Source: a virus
Lineage: Duplodnaviria; Caudoviricetes
Virus record (IMG/VR): IMGVR_UViG_3300028797_002668
Location: 32,001-96,000 of that record
Strand: one strand, 5' to 3'
Length of the DNA: 64,000 nucleotides
Every line of letters begins with the position of its first letter. Position 1 is the stretch's first letter. Below are positions 10,575 through 20,245 of this stretch, piece by piece. Made by a program: the position numbers and the translations under genes. Under the pieces are notes generated by a model. The model saw only the letters and a program-made list of their open reading frames with translations. It did no database searches and was not told where the DNA came from.

Positions 10575-13160
10575 TCACTCCGTCACCAAAACGCTTTCCA
10601 CTGACACGGCAAGATCAATCCGGTCAGTCGGTATGGTTATCTGTACTATTTCATTGTCATTCGAATAATTTGTGATATTACCCGCGTTGTCAATAAGGTT
10701 ATTAGCTACATAATACTTTAACACGTTACGGACAAGTTTAATATATTCAAGAATATATTCAATATAGTCATGCAACGAGTTTCCCTCTATTTCGGTCATA
10801 TCTACAATCTTGTCGGTGTTCTTGAATGTAAGCGAGTCGTAACCCTTATCCCAACCCTTGATGGCTTGAATTACGCTATAAAGAACATCGGCTGTGTCAG
10901 CATGTCCCGCAGACTGCTCAGCAAGCAGTTCTTGGTACACCGACTCATACACCATCATCATCGACTGTTCCCAAATATACGCGACAAACTTGTCTATATC
11001 AAGGTCGGATATCCGTTTATTCGATGTTTCGGATAATTTAGGTTTAACCGTATACTTGTAATAATCGGCAATACGGGTCTGCAAGGCAGCTAGTGACTGA
11101 ACGGTAAACGTCCTCTGATACGTATTCTTAGATTTGTCGCCGACATATGTATAACCGAGCGAAAATTCGAAACCATCCACAGCGATGTTTCCGGGAACGA
11201 TATACTCATATGTCATCTGGCCAAGAAGTCTCAAATCATCTATATCCAAATCGGAATACCGGTCGTTTACCGGAGAGAACGTAACGTCTACGCCAGCAAC
11301 TTCAGTAAGCGTATGAACGATAGACTCAATGCGGGAACGGTAAATAGGGGTAGCGAAATCAGTATTTTCTAACAGATACTTGTAAACAGCATTCTTGATA
11401 CGTTCCTTCACATCGGTAAAGTTATTGCCACGGAAAAGCGTAACCTTCAGGTGTGCTTCCATCTCATGTACAGATGGATAAACGTAATTATGATAACCGC
11501 CACCGACCGTTATCATACCGCGTTGATTAAGCGCCGTCATACAGTTATAAAGTTCGGAACCCACCTCAACAAAATCAAGCGGCGAAAGTAAGGCGGAATA
11601 TACTTGATAGTCCAATGGATATGTCGGTTGGATGCTCTGCATTATCTGCTTTTGTACTTCGCTCGACAGTTTCTCTCCGGTTTCCAAACGGACGTTCTGC
11701 AATGCATCGCCTAGACGCTTGTAAATTGCTAGATGGCCTTCGTCGAGACCGTTACGCTCCAATTCCCTATAATCATACTGCCACGTGTACATGAGTCCGT
11801 TTACTTTGTATCCGTCGAGGAAATACTCGTCGGCGGTCGTTGGGTAGAACGTATTGTCCTTTTGACGATACAAACTCTTCAACGCGCTGAAACGCACTTG
11901 GTTCATGTACTTAACGTCGATACCGCCGTTTAACATTTTTGTGTTAAGGATATCTTCACCATACGCTGTAGCGTACTTGACGTCAGAATATCGACGAAGG
12001 AAAATCTTGTAACTCGTACGGTTCACAAGACGGTCTAGCGTGTTGAACAAGTACGGAGCGTTGGCCTTGATGGACTCGATACTTTCAATGTCGAGTCCGT
12101 TACGTATATCAGTCGTGATAGCAATGTTTAGGTCGTTAACCGTAATATCGCTTTCAGTACCGTCGTCCTGACAGATTACGATTCGGCTGCTATTTGTCGA
12201 AAGGGTGGTACCGGCCACGTTGAGCAAGTTACCCTCTTCGCCAGTCGTGGAGAAGTAAGTCACGTTGATAACGCCGTAAGGAATAGCGGACTTCAATCCG
12301 TCACCGAAACGTAGCTGCACGTTGCCGTCATTTGCCGTAGACAACTCGACCGTATAGTTATCGGTGTAGTTGTCTTGACCAGACGCGAACTGTTCAATAT
12401 CGTTCAGAACAGATTCCTTCGCCGGGTCAATCAGTCCTCGGCGAGAAATACGCCAGTACAGCTTATCGTCCACCACAACGCTTGGGTCAATATTGTCCAT
12501 CAATGTAGCGTCAGACATAACCCTAGTAAAAGCGGACGAACGATGTGCTACGTTGCCATCATCATCAAAATTTGGGTCATTGTCGCCAAAATAGTCACTG
12601 AAGGTAAGGTCGTGAATAATGAAGGTCTGGTTCTGGTTACCGGTGGAAATAAGAGACTCGGTCTTGAAACGGCCTTCCGCGAGCACGGCCTTTCCATAAA
12701 CGAGAGTCATCAAGCCAGTCTGTTCCGTGTCTGCATTTCGGTCATAGCGGAACTCCATATTGTCCATAGCGGTCAGCGTGGTACTACCCATAGTAAACTC
12801 GGTTCCAAGAGGGATGCGGACACGAATTGTATTGAACTTTCCGGTCTTCGTAGTCTGAATTCCGATACCGGCCTTGGCCGGAACCGGACGACGGATGCTA
12901 TAACCAAGCATACGGGCGTTGGCATAAATCGACGGTCGATAGTTTGCGGATTCAAGAAACCCGTTCTTGAACGAAGATTCAGCATAATACGCCATCAAGT
13001 CAGACGTACCGGCGAACAAGTCGGTCATCAAGCGACCATATGAACTCTCCGAGTAGTCTGCCAAGTTTCCACCCTTGGCCTTCATAATCGTAAGCAAGTG
13101 CTCGCGGACGGACTCGAACGAGATATTCGTATACTTACGTGAAATCGATGTGCTCGCCAT
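10575..13160 (-). CDS. gp6: Baseplate wedge subunit gp6-like
   Basis: YTNISFESVREHL...DYSESSYGRLMTDLFA..AYY; SIYANARMLGY; LRFGDG; ESIESIKANAP...RLV. Confidence 0.9.
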   Translation of the reverse strand: MASTSISRKYTNISFESVREHLLTIMKAKGGNLADYSESSYGRLMTDLFAGTSDLMAYYAESSFKNGFLESANYRPSIYANARMLGYSIRRPVPAKAGIGIQTTKTGKFNTIRVRIPLGTEFTMGSTTLTAMDNMEFRYDRNADTEQTGLMTLVYGKAVLAEGRFKTESLISTGNQNQTFIIHDLTFSDYFGDNDPNFDDDGNVAHRSSAFTRVMSDATLMDNIDPSVVVDDKLYWRISRRGLIDPAKESVLNDIEQFASGQDNYTDNYTVELSTANDGNVQLRFGDGLKSAIPYGVINVTYFSTTGEEGNLLNVAGTTLSTNSSRIVICQDDGTESDITVNDLNIAITTDIRNGLDIESIESIKANAPYLFNTLDRLVNRTSYKIFLRRYSDVKYATAYGEDILNTKMLNGGIDVKYMNQVRFSALKSLYRQKDNTFYPTTADEYFLDGYKVNGLMYTWQYDYRELERNGLDEGHLAIYKRLGDALQNVRLETGEKLSSEVQKQIMQSIQPTYPLDYQVYSALLSPLDFVEVGSELYNCMTALNQRGMITVGGGYHNYVYPSVHEMEAHLKVTLFRGNNFTDVKERIKNAVYKYLLENTDFATPIYRSRIESIVHTLTEVAGVDVTFSPVNDRYSDLDIDDLRLLGQMTYEYIVPGNIAVDGFEFSLGYTYVGDKSKNTYQRTFTVQSLAALQTRIADYYKYTVKPKLSETSNKRISDLDIDKFVAYIWEQSMMMVYESVYQELLAEQSAGHADTADVLYSVIQAIKGWDKGYDSLTFKNTDKIVDMTEIEGNSLHDYIEYILEYIKLVRNVLKYYVANNLIDNAGNITNYSNDNEIVQITIPTDRIDLAVSVESVLVTE

Positions 13161-13187
13161 TTTTCAACCTTCTGTTAGTCATATCGC

Positions 13188-13227
13188 AGTTTATATACTT
13201 TTTGGGGGTCGCCCGACCGTATAAACT
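13188..13227. promoter_or_regulatory. Divergent pair of late promoters
   Basis: agtttata 13188-13195 (for gp6) and tataaact 13220-13227 (for gp14). Confidence 0.75.
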
Positions 13228-13245
13228 AGGTTAGAGGTTGACAAA

Positions 13246-14241
13246 ATGCCAGAATTCGTATTACATCTTTCAGGAAACTGCCGTGCGACTACGGTTATCG
13301 TGCCGAATTTCAGTGTTCTGGCATCGGTCTCTCCGCATATGTGGAACGACCGGACTGGAGGTTATGTCGAACGCTCCGAAAAGATGCAAATCAACAACCC
13401 GGACTTCCAACACGACACCCGTCTCGGACTGGTTTTCTACAACCGTAGACACAATGCGTTTCGTGACCAAGAGCGTTACAATGTAATGAGCCGTGCGTTC
13501 GTCAACCGTCAAGGAACCCTTTACAAGTATTACACGACCTCACTGAACGTGAACAATACCCCACTGTTCCACGAGGACTCTAACCGCGAGGTGGAGCGCG
13601 TCTTCGACCTACCGGTACTTATGGGGTTCAATCCCCAGAACGAACTTTATTCTCGTTTCGGCATCCAGTACACCACAAAGCAAGAAATTTACGTCCATAT
13701 GGGACTGTTTCTAGAGCTTAACTACCGAAGCCTACGCGAACTGGGCATTAAACCAACGTGTGACCCGAACGAGCACAACCCAATCTGGTACCAGCGCGGT
13801 TACGAAGACTTCCGCTACTACGGCTATACCGCAGCACAAATCTTCCCAAAGGCCGGCGACTTGCTAAAGCTCGAATTCAACAACATCCTCTACCAAGTCG
13901 ACAGCGTTGTAGACGAAATCCCCGAATTCGAGTACAAATGGCGTAAATACTGGTGGAAACTCTATCTGGATACCGCAATGGACAACGGAAAGAAAGTCAG
14001 CGAGGAAGTTCTCAACGCGCCGGACCAAGAGAACTTTATCAACAAACTGTTCGGAAAAAATATAATGAGTGCCGATTCAAACGGTACAAACCAAACAGAC
14101 AACATGCTTGCTGTCAACCACACAATCGACGAACTCAAGAAGGACGTTCTATTCCGTCCTCCGGAAGTCGACAAGTGCGTACAAGACATCACGAACGACC
14201 CGGCTTACTACGCTTGCGGATCGTTGCTTGGGCAGTGGTAA
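13246..14241 (+). CDS. gp14: Neck protein gp14-like
   Basis: LFHED, ELYSRFGIQ, PKAGDLLKLEFNNILYQV motifs as in T4 gp14. Confidence 0.7.
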   Translation: MPEFVLHLSGNCRATTVIVPNFSVLASVSPHMWNDRTGGYVERSEKMQINNPDFQHDTRLGLVFYNRRHNAFRDQERYNVMSRAFVNRQGTLYKYYTTSLNVNNTPLFHEDSNREVERVFDLPVLMGFNPQNELYSRFGIQYTTKQEIYVHMGLFLELNYRSLRELGIKPTCDPNEHNPIWYQRGYEDFRYYGYTAAQIFPKAGDLLKLEFNNILYQVDSVVDEIPEFEYKWRKYWWKLYLDTAMDNGKKVSEEVLNAPDQENFINKLFGKNIMSADSNGTNQTDNMLAVNHTIDELKKDVLFRPPEVDKCVQDITNDPAYYACGSLLGQW

Positions 14242-14308
14242 ACTTGATGCGATCTTCCTCGGTCACCTTCTTATTGGTGCGCGGCATATAAAAATATTCA
14301 GAAATCAT
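14189..14308 (-). CDS. Possible 39-aa basic small protein (MISEYFYMPRTNKKVTEEDRIKFTTAQATIRKRSKPGRS)
   Basis: TATAAT (14315-14320, minus strand) 6 nt before the ATG; overlaps the gp14 3' end in antisense. Confidence 0.3.
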   Translation of the reverse strand: MISEYFYMPRTNKKVTEEDRIKFTTAQATIRKRSKPGRS

Positions 14309-14370
14309 ACTTGAATTATAGCAAAAAGGGGAGCGGCAAACCACTCCCATAGCTATCTCAGGAAAAGAAA

Positions 14371-16311
14371 CTAGTCTTCGTCACGGTCAATGTAGCTGTT
14401 GCCGGACATCTTGTTACGCTTGTTCACGCGGTCGATAGCTGCACGGAGCTTTTCAGGCGTGCATACCGGCGCGTCTTCGGCCTCGGCCTTTTTGGACTCT
14501 GCCTCTACCTCGGCTTCAACGTCGGCAAGTTCCACCGGAGCATCTTCCGGTTCTTCCGTACCGCTGTAAATCACGATATCGGTAAAGATGTTCGTAATGT
14601 CGGCGGCGGTGATACCAGACTCGATAGCGTACTTGATAACTTCGTCATACTTCGGGTCGGTAAAGTCGGTCGGATGTTCCTTGTTTACGCGCTCATCGTT
14701 GTACTTGAAGAGGTAACGCATCGTGTTGATGCTCGGCAAGCCAATCTCGAACATTTCGTCGATACGGCCACTGCGGCGCATAATTCTCTGGTTCACCTTC
14801 TTCGGGTCGTTAATCGTCGCGAAGAAGATGTAGGATACTTGGTCGTTCTTGGCAGCTTGGTTAAGCTTGTCGAAGAAGCTCAAGTATGCAATCACGTTGT
14901 CGTTCTTGTCAGTGAGCTGGTAGGAGTCCATATCATCTAGAATGATGATGCACTTCTTGATGGCCTTGACATAACGGAGCATCGCATCAGTCTGGTCGCT
15001 GTCAACGATAACATCGGCGGTAATCTTGAATGTGCAAACTTCCGGATAAGCGTTGGAAATCTGCTGTGCGCCAATAGTCTTACCAGTACCCGGCTGGCCG
15101 ACAAGAGCGTAGCTTCGAGACAGACCCCTGTCGAAGGCAATCTTAATAGCCTTAATAATCTTCGGAATGGTATCGCTCACTGATTCGGGCGGAATGGCCA
15201 CCGGGCGAAGCATTTCCTTGAGGTCACCGTCTTCGTCGAACGAATAGAGATACGTCGTCGGATCGATACTCATTGCAAACATCATCTCGACATAGAGTTC
15301 GACGTTGCGCTTGAGCATATTGGTGTCGGCCTTCGTAGAAACCTTGTTGCGGTTCTTCGGAATCCAGAACATCTTGAGCTGGTTAGACGGAACATAGACA
15401 AGACCAGTGCCGTCTTCGCTTTCTGTAGAACGGACAATCTGGATAGCGTAGAAGATGTTGTCATCGAACTGGAACTTGAACACCGCGTTAAATACGCTGC
15501 TCTTGACCTTTTCGCCTTCGCCGTCGATATGCTTGTACTGTTCGCAATTTTCGTCGAACACGTACTGCAGCTGAACGTCGCGCTCGTCATCATCGGAATC
15601 CTTCGAGCAATGCGGCATAACGCGCTTGCACTCAATGATATTCGTGCTCAACGGTGTGATTGTGTGTTCAATCTGGTCGAGCGCGGAGAACCACTTCATC
15701 GGTTCCTTGCTGTTCATAATCTTCACGAACGCGAGGTTAGAGGACGGCGTGATCGTGATGGTGGTGTTAAGGTCGTTATCGTGCTTCTTGCTGATTTCGC
15801 GGAACTCTTCTAGCGTCACGTCGACGTAAGACGGCTCCGCCGTAGAAACCATCACATAGAGCTGGTCGACAACGTTCCACTTAAAGTTGATTCGATTGCA
15901 AACCGTGTCACCTATAGCATAAAGTGCCATGCAGTTCTGCATGAACCCAGCTAACTTGGACACCGACTTTGCACCACTGTGCTTTGCGATAAGATTCGTC
16001 ATCGAGCATGTAAGAAGAGCAACTTTTGTAATGTTAGTATTCTTGTATGCCTTAAAGACTTCCTTCAACGCATCTAACTTGTTCTTGCCAATGACACTGC
16101 TCGGAATATCAATCTGCGGCAAAGCATCAATCATCTGCTCAATGGTTTTTGTCAACTCCTTGAACGTATCAATTGAATCGCGGTCGTCGGATTTACCGCC
16201 AATCATATTGTTAATCCAGTCAGGAGCACTGATACCGAAGTTATTAACGAATTTTTCTACGGGGTTTAACATTTGACTTGTTTCCTTTCTTTCTTTCAAT
16301 AAACGCTCCAC
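14371..16311 (-). CDS. AAA+ ATPase with long N-terminal domain
   Basis: Walker A GQPGTGKT, Walker B IIILDDMD, sensor ATIN, SRH RRSGRIDE. Confidence 0.85.
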   Translation of the reverse strand: MERLLKERKETSQMLNPVEKFVNNFGISAPDWINNMIGGKSDDRDSIDTFKELTKTIEQMIDALPQIDIPSSVIGKNKLDALKEVFKAYKNTNITKVALLTCSMTNLIAKHSGAKSVSKLAGFMQNCMALYAIGDTVCNRINFKWNVVDQLYVMVSTAEPSYVDVTLEEFREISKKHDNDLNTTITITPSSNLAFVKIMNSKEPMKWFSALDQIEHTITPLSTNIIECKRVMPHCSKDSDDDERDVQLQYVFDENCEQYKHIDGEGEKVKSSVFNAVFKFQFDDNIFYAIQIVRSTESEDGTGLVYVPSNQLKMFWIPKNRNKVSTKADTNMLKRNVELYVEMMFAMSIDPTTYLYSFDEDGDLKEMLRPVAIPPESVSDTIPKIIKAIKIAFDRGLSRSYALVGQPGTGKTIGAQQISNAYPEVCTFKITADVIVDSDQTDAMLRYVKAIKKCIIILDDMDSYQLTDKNDNVIAYLSFFDKLNQAAKNDQVSYIFFATINDPKKVNQRIMRRSGRIDEMFEIGLPSINTMRYLFKYNDERVNKEHPTDFTDPKYDEVIKYAIESGITAADITNIFTDIVIYSGTEEPEDAPVELADVEAEVEAESKKAEAEDAPVCTPEKLRAAIDRVNKRNKMSGNSYIDRDED

Positions 16312-16523
16312 TAAGGGTGCGAAATCTTGATGTCATTCGCCGCTGCCACCTGATTCTTGAAACGGGCTGATTTCCAATACCGGTCCATCCGTTTAGAAAC
16401 CGCGAACTCCGCATCCTTCCTCACGAAGTGAAAGCGCATTCCGCGAACCAACGTTTTTGGGATCCAATGCACTATTCGCCAAATAACGTGGGCGCAGCAA
16501 GCGATGTACAAAACAGACTTCAC
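16311..16523 (-). CDS. Small hypothetical protein
   Basis: Fills the gap in the 16761-14371 operon; its stop overlaps the ATPase start. Confidence 0.5.
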   Translation of the reverse strand: MKSVLYIACCAHVIWRIVHWIPKTLVRGMRFHFVRKDAEFAVSKRMDRYWKSARFKNQVAAANDIKISHP

Positions 16524-16533
16524 AAGTTTCCTA

Positions 16534-16761
16534 CTAACGAGACCTTGAGGTCAGACGACCGATTGACCCGTCTTCTTGGTACTTGTCATTATTGGTCTTG
16601 GCCGTGCCGAAAGTCTTCTTCATCGTATTTACGAGTTTAACTAGCATGTGGACAATAATTCCAGCATACATGATGTACTGAGCCTTGTCAAGTACCTTGA
16701 AAAGCCAATCATACTTCGTCGGCTTCTGCTCTTCTACAATTTTAATTAAGAATTTCAACAT
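16534..16761 (-). CDS. Small protein with one hydrophobic segment
   Basis: YIMYAGIIVHMLVKLV; ggag RBS; sigma70-type promoter upstream. Confidence 0.6.
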   Translation of the reverse strand: MLKFLIKIVEEQKPTKYDWLFKVLDKAQYIMYAGIIVHMLVKLVNTMKKTFGTAKTNNDKYQEDGSIGRLTSRSR

Positions 16762-16791
16762 AAAAATCTCCGCCTGAGTTAGACGGAGAAA

Positions 16792-16820
16792 ATAATAGCT
16801 GTGATAAATTTGAAACTCAA
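16792..16820 (-). promoter_or_regulatory. Sigma70-type promoter TTGAGT-N17-TATTAT
   Basis: Exact 17-bp spacer; shares TTGAGTTTCAAATT with the promoter at 54282-54310. Confidence 0.7.
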
Positions 16821-16852
16821 GCCGATTTGGCTTGAGTTATGTAAAAAGATAT

Positions 16853-17488
16853 TTACTTACGTTCGACAAATTCGGAACACCAGACAGAGTTTCCGGTGCG
16901 GGGATTTTCGTCGACATCCCAGAACTCGCCATCCGGTCCGTATTCGGGGTTCAAGCCGTGAGCGTTGATACCGTCGGCGGCCATTTCTTCCTCGAAGTCC
17001 TTGAGTTCTTTCAAGCCACTTTCGTCAAGGCCGCTGGTATCGCCGTTAACCAAAGCCGAAAGCAAGTGTTCCGGAACATAGGCACAGCGAATTTCGCCGC
17101 GAGAAGTATCGGTCTTCTTGATTGCCACGTTCTGAACCGGCACGTAACCATTGGACACTTCGATATAGTCTTCAGGATGTTCAGGAGTTTCCGTCTCCGC
17201 ATAACCTTCGATACCGTGTTCGGCCAGCTTGGTGATCACCGTGTCAATGGCATCGGATGCGTCATAAGCTTGGACGGTAATTTCAAGCGGATGGGGGTCG
17301 ATACCGCCGTGGCTCAAGGTCACGTCGAAGTTCGGCCTATCGGAAAGGTTAATGTACTTGTGGTCTACACCAGTAGATTCGCAAAACGCCTCGAACCCCT
17401 TCTGGAGAAACGGAAGAGCATCCTTGCATTCGAGCTTGTCGCACACGCCTTCCATAAAGGCCGCATACATTTCTTGTTTTTTGTCCAT
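16853..17488 (-). CDS. Acidic hypothetical protein with conserved 38-aa N-terminal leader (candidate internal head protein)
   Basis: Leader is 17/38 identical, ungapped, to that of 32222..33148. Confidence 0.75.
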   Translation of the reverse strand: MDKKQEMYAAFMEGVCDKLECKDALPFLQKGFEAFCESTGVDHKYINLSDRPNFDVTLSHGGIDPHPLEITVQAYDASDAIDTVITKLAEHGIEGYAETETPEHPEDYIEVSNGYVPVQNVAIKKTDTSRGEIRCAYVPEHLLSALVNGDTSGLDESGLKELKDFEEEMAADGINAHGLNPEYGPDGEFWDVDENPRTGNSVWCSEFVERK

Positions 17489-17502
17489 AAGAGGTTCCTC
17501 TT

Positions 17503-18252
17503 TTAGCTAAGGTCGGTCATCATAAACGGTTGTGCGGACTGAGCCTTCAGTTCTTCCATAAGGCGTTTCCACTCTTCCAAACCGTCAGTGTAAATCTGTT
17601 GTCCGTTCACCTTGCCGCCACCCGGAAGAGGCATATCGTCCTTCTTCAAGATACGTCCAAGCTGGATTTCCGCACGGGCGAGAGCCATATCTTGGAACAG
17701 CGGGTTGGCAAACACTTCGTACTTCTTCGCCTTGACATAGACCGTAGCGATTGCCACACGGTCAGACTTCGGCGTCGGGTAGACACGAAGGATGTGCTGT
17801 TGCGGATGGAGCTTGATGTTGTACTGAGTACCCACCAGCTTCTTCACGTCTTGCAAGTAGCGCAAGGCACCGGAATAAGTAATCAAGTCGAACTGTCCAA
17901 GTCCGCCCAAACCGGCACCGCCGACACCCATTAGGGATTCGCCCGGACCCACGTCCCAAGCCATCATCGGCGAAAAAGTGTTACCATAGGACGGCGATAC
18001 GTCGACCACTTCCATAATCTCGTCCGGTACTCGGTACTGGATAACCCCAGCCTTCAATCTGAGCACCATAGCGTCCATATAGGAAGCTTCGTCTTGGTTG
18101 ATACGGTAGAACCAGTTCAAGGTATCGTTCACGGCCATATGGAGGTGACCGAGGCCATTGCGTTCCTCAACCACCATTTCGATTTCGGTGCAAGGATAAC
18201 CAAGCATCGCCTTGATTTTTTCAACCATATCATCGGTCGTGATAATCTGCAT
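17503..18252 (-). CDS. gp13: Neck protein gp13-like
   Basis: IKAMLGYPCTEIE; LGRILKK..MPLPGGGKVNGQQIY..G.EE, characteristic of T4 gp13. Confidence 0.9.
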   Translation of the reverse strand: MQIITTDDMVEKIKAMLGYPCTEIEMVVEERNGLGHLHMAVNDTLNWFYRINQDEASYMDAMVLRLKAGVIQYRVPDEIMEVVDVSPSYGNTFSPMMAWDVGPGESLMGVGGAGLGGLGQFDLITYSGALRYLQDVKKLVGTQYNIKLHPQQHILRVYPTPKSDRVAIATVYVKAKKYEVFANPLFQDMALARAEIQLGRILKKDDMPLPGGGKVNGQQIYTDGLEEWKRLMEELKAQSAQPFMMTDLS

Positions 18253-18263
18253 CGGCTACCTCA

Positions 18264-18761
18264 TTAAGCAGTAAACTGCTGGTACTTGTAAATGATGGTG
18301 GTCATAGCCTCGTCGAAATCGGCGAAGATATTCTTGACACCTTCGGGGAACTTGTCGTTCTTCTTCACGGCGTCGTTCATATGCTTGTCGATGTACTTGA
18401 GGAGTTCAAGGACGGCCTTGTCGTCCAGATCGGTCGACTTGGAGGCAGCCGGAAATTCCTTGTCGCACGGCTTGTTGGTCAGTGCCATATAGGTCTCTGC
18501 GAGCTTATCGCCAGCATCGCGACAAAGGTCATAAGCCTCGTTTAATAAGGTATGCTTAACCATCTTGTCCACGTTCCAGTGAATCTGGTTCAATGCGTTA
18601 CCTTCCACAAGGAGCCAAACGGCCATTTCCTTCAAAGTTTCGTAATTGTTACCTATACCGTCATCGGCTTCGAGTCGAGGAGCATAGACTGCCAATACGG
18701 CACCACTGTTATTAGGGCAGATACGCTGTACGGCTTCCACAAAAATCTTGTAATACGCCAT
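18264..18761 (-). CDS. Dps/ferritin-like protein
   Basis: NQIHWNV...KHTLLNEAY...DKLAE metal-site pattern. Confidence 0.75.
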   Translation of the reverse strand: MAYYKIFVEAVQRICPNNSGAVLAVYAPRLEADDGIGNNYETLKEMAVWLLVEGNALNQIHWNVDKMVKHTLLNEAYDLCRDAGDKLAETYMALTNKPCDKEFPAASKSTDLDDKAVLELLKYIDKHMNDAVKKNDKFPEGVKNIFADFDEAMTTIIYKYQQFTA

Positions 18762-18788
18762 TTTTAAGCACCAGATTGGTTTATATGC

Positions 18789-18796
18789 AGTTTATA
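18789..18796 (-). promoter_or_regulatory. Late promoter TATAAACT (plus a TATAAACC variant at 18778-18785)
   Basis: agtttata upstream of ATG 18761. Confidence 0.7.
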
Positions 18797-18798
18797 CG

Positions 18799-18827
18799 TT
18801 GCAAGAACAGAATCGATATGCTATATT
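18799..18827 (+). promoter_or_regulatory. Sigma70-type promoter TTGCAA-N17-TATATT
   Basis: Exact 17-bp spacer, upstream of 18855 with gagg RBS. Confidence 0.65.
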
Positions 18828-18854
18828 TCCGAAAAACTACCATACGAGGTAATT

Positions 18855-19181
18855 ATGGAACATGTAGAAAGCAATGCTGAAATGTCCGCCGAACAGAAGG
18901 CAAAGAAGAGCCAAGTCCAAGCCTTTATCAAGGAAATCGAAAAGCACGAAAACGACCCAGAATACCGTCATTTGATGGAAAATCTCCGTCGAGCAAAAGA
19001 AGAGTTCAAGGAATTTATGAAGATGCCGAAAGAAGACCGTTCCAAGATCATGTTCGGCATTCAAGTACAGCTTATCCGCCGCGAAATCGATATGTATCCG
19101 GAATCTCCGTACAACTGGCAACGCCGTGTCAAAGAGGAACGCCGTCAAGCACCGGCTGAAGCCATCAAAAAACTCGACTAA
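18855..19181 (+). CDS. Hypothetical charged helical protein
   Basis: RBS gaggt, own promoter, 108-aa ORF. Confidence 0.75.
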   Translation: MEHVESNAEMSAEQKAKKSQVQAFIKEIEKHENDPEYRHLMENLRRAKEEFKEFMKMPKEDRSKIMFGIQVQLIRREIDMYPESPYNWQRRVKEERRQAPAEAIKKLD

Positions 19182-19576
19182 TCGGTTGCTACCTTGACCA
19201 TGTAACAGACATTCGATTTAGGATGGGGTTCGTTTACAAAGACGAATCCCATTTTTTCATAGAACCCGAACGCATCACGCTTTGCTACAAGCTTGATAGC
19301 ACGGTGTTCCGACATAACCATCTTCATAATCTTGCGTCCAATGCCCATTTTCTGGTAATGTTTGGCAACTTCTAGGCACCAGACCTTGGTGAATGCCGGA
19401 TAATATCCTTCTTGAATAACCGCAATACCAACGACCTTGCCGTTTTCTTTAGCCACATAAGCCGGAAACCCGAAAAAGTCGTTCTTTTTCATCATTGCGG
19501 TAAGCAAAGTGAGGTCTTCGTGTCCAGTAATCTCAGAAACCAACCTCGGCATATCGATTTTTTCTAGTGCTTCCAT
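19178..19576 (-). CDS. GNAT acetyltransferase (start probably 19576, MEALE, or the next Met)
   Basis: LEVAKHYQKMGIGRKIM acetyl-CoA motif A; AFGFYEKMGF motif B. Confidence 0.85.
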   Translation of the reverse strand: MEALEKIDMPRLVSEITGHEDLTLLTAMMKKNDFFGFPAYVAKENGKVVGIAVIQEGYYPAFTKVWCLEVAKHYQKMGIGRKIMKMVMSEHRAIKLVAKRDAFGFYEKMGFVFVNEPHPKSNVCYMVKVATD

Positions 19577-20154
19577 CCGAAATGACTCGGAAATGCGTCG
19601 ACAACTCCATGCAACGGTGTGCTGATGCTGTACGGTTTCCATGATTTGAAGTTGAACTCACGCGACGGGTCTACACCCGGTGCCACTGCGAACAGTATGT
19701 AAGGTTGAGAATCCACAGACATGAACATTCCTGATACACCAATCGCAATTGCGTCATCAACAACGCCTAGCGACACTACTTCAAGCTCGACAGTCGTACC
19801 CAAGTTTTCTGCAAGGTAATCAACGATTTCCGTATTCTTGTATACATCGCCACGGTAAATCAAAACCATACTTGAATATACGGTCCACCCGTTTGGGACA
19901 CCATCAAGTAGCATGTCAATAACCAACTTTTTTGATTTGTCGTCCAAGAAAATCGCAAAATATTGCGGAATTTCGCCATTTCCTATGTCCATCAAGTGAG
20001 TACGGTAATATTCTCGACGGAATGCCTTGGCATGATCTTTTGTCCACTGCAACATGCGCGGCTCACCGAGGTCTCGTCCGGCTTTTTCAGACTCGATATA
20101 CTTGTCGCGAAGCATTTCTTCCTTTTGCTCCGCCATCATAGCCTTCATATCCAT
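19564..20154 (-). CDS. DUF4032-like N-terminus fused to a degenerate 2H-phosphoesterase-like domain
   Basis: KYIESEKAGRDLG..W; then PNGW...SMVL...LGTTVELEVVSLG..D.AIA..PYILFAV, with both HxT motifs replaced. Confidence 0.55.
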   Translation of the reverse strand: MDMKAMMAEQKEEMLRDKYIESEKAGRDLGEPRMLQWTKDHAKAFRREYYRTHLMDIGNGEIPQYFAIFLDDKSKKLVIDMLLDGVPNGWTVYSSMVLIYRGDVYKNTEIVDYLAENLGTTVELEVVSLGVVDDAIAIGVSGMFMSVDSQPYILFAVAPGVDPSREFNFKSWKPYSISTPLHGVVDAFPSHFGWKH

Positions 20155-20175
20155 TACTCAACCCCCTTGCATCCA

Positions 20176-20204
20176 AATATAGTTTATCGAAGAAAAAACG
20201 TCCA
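20176..20204 (-). promoter_or_regulatory. Overlapping late-variant (GATAAACT) and sigma70-type (TGGACG-N17-TATATT) promoters
   Basis: agtttatc 20181-20188; aatata 20176-20181. Confidence 0.45.
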
Positions 20205-20245
20205 CCGATGACTCGGCGGACGATAATATCTCAAATTAAATGCAA

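Noticed and set aside
14371-16311. AAA ATPase as the sigma54 activator for hsp20
   Set aside because: It lacks the GAFTGA loop and looks like a classical AAA-clade protein
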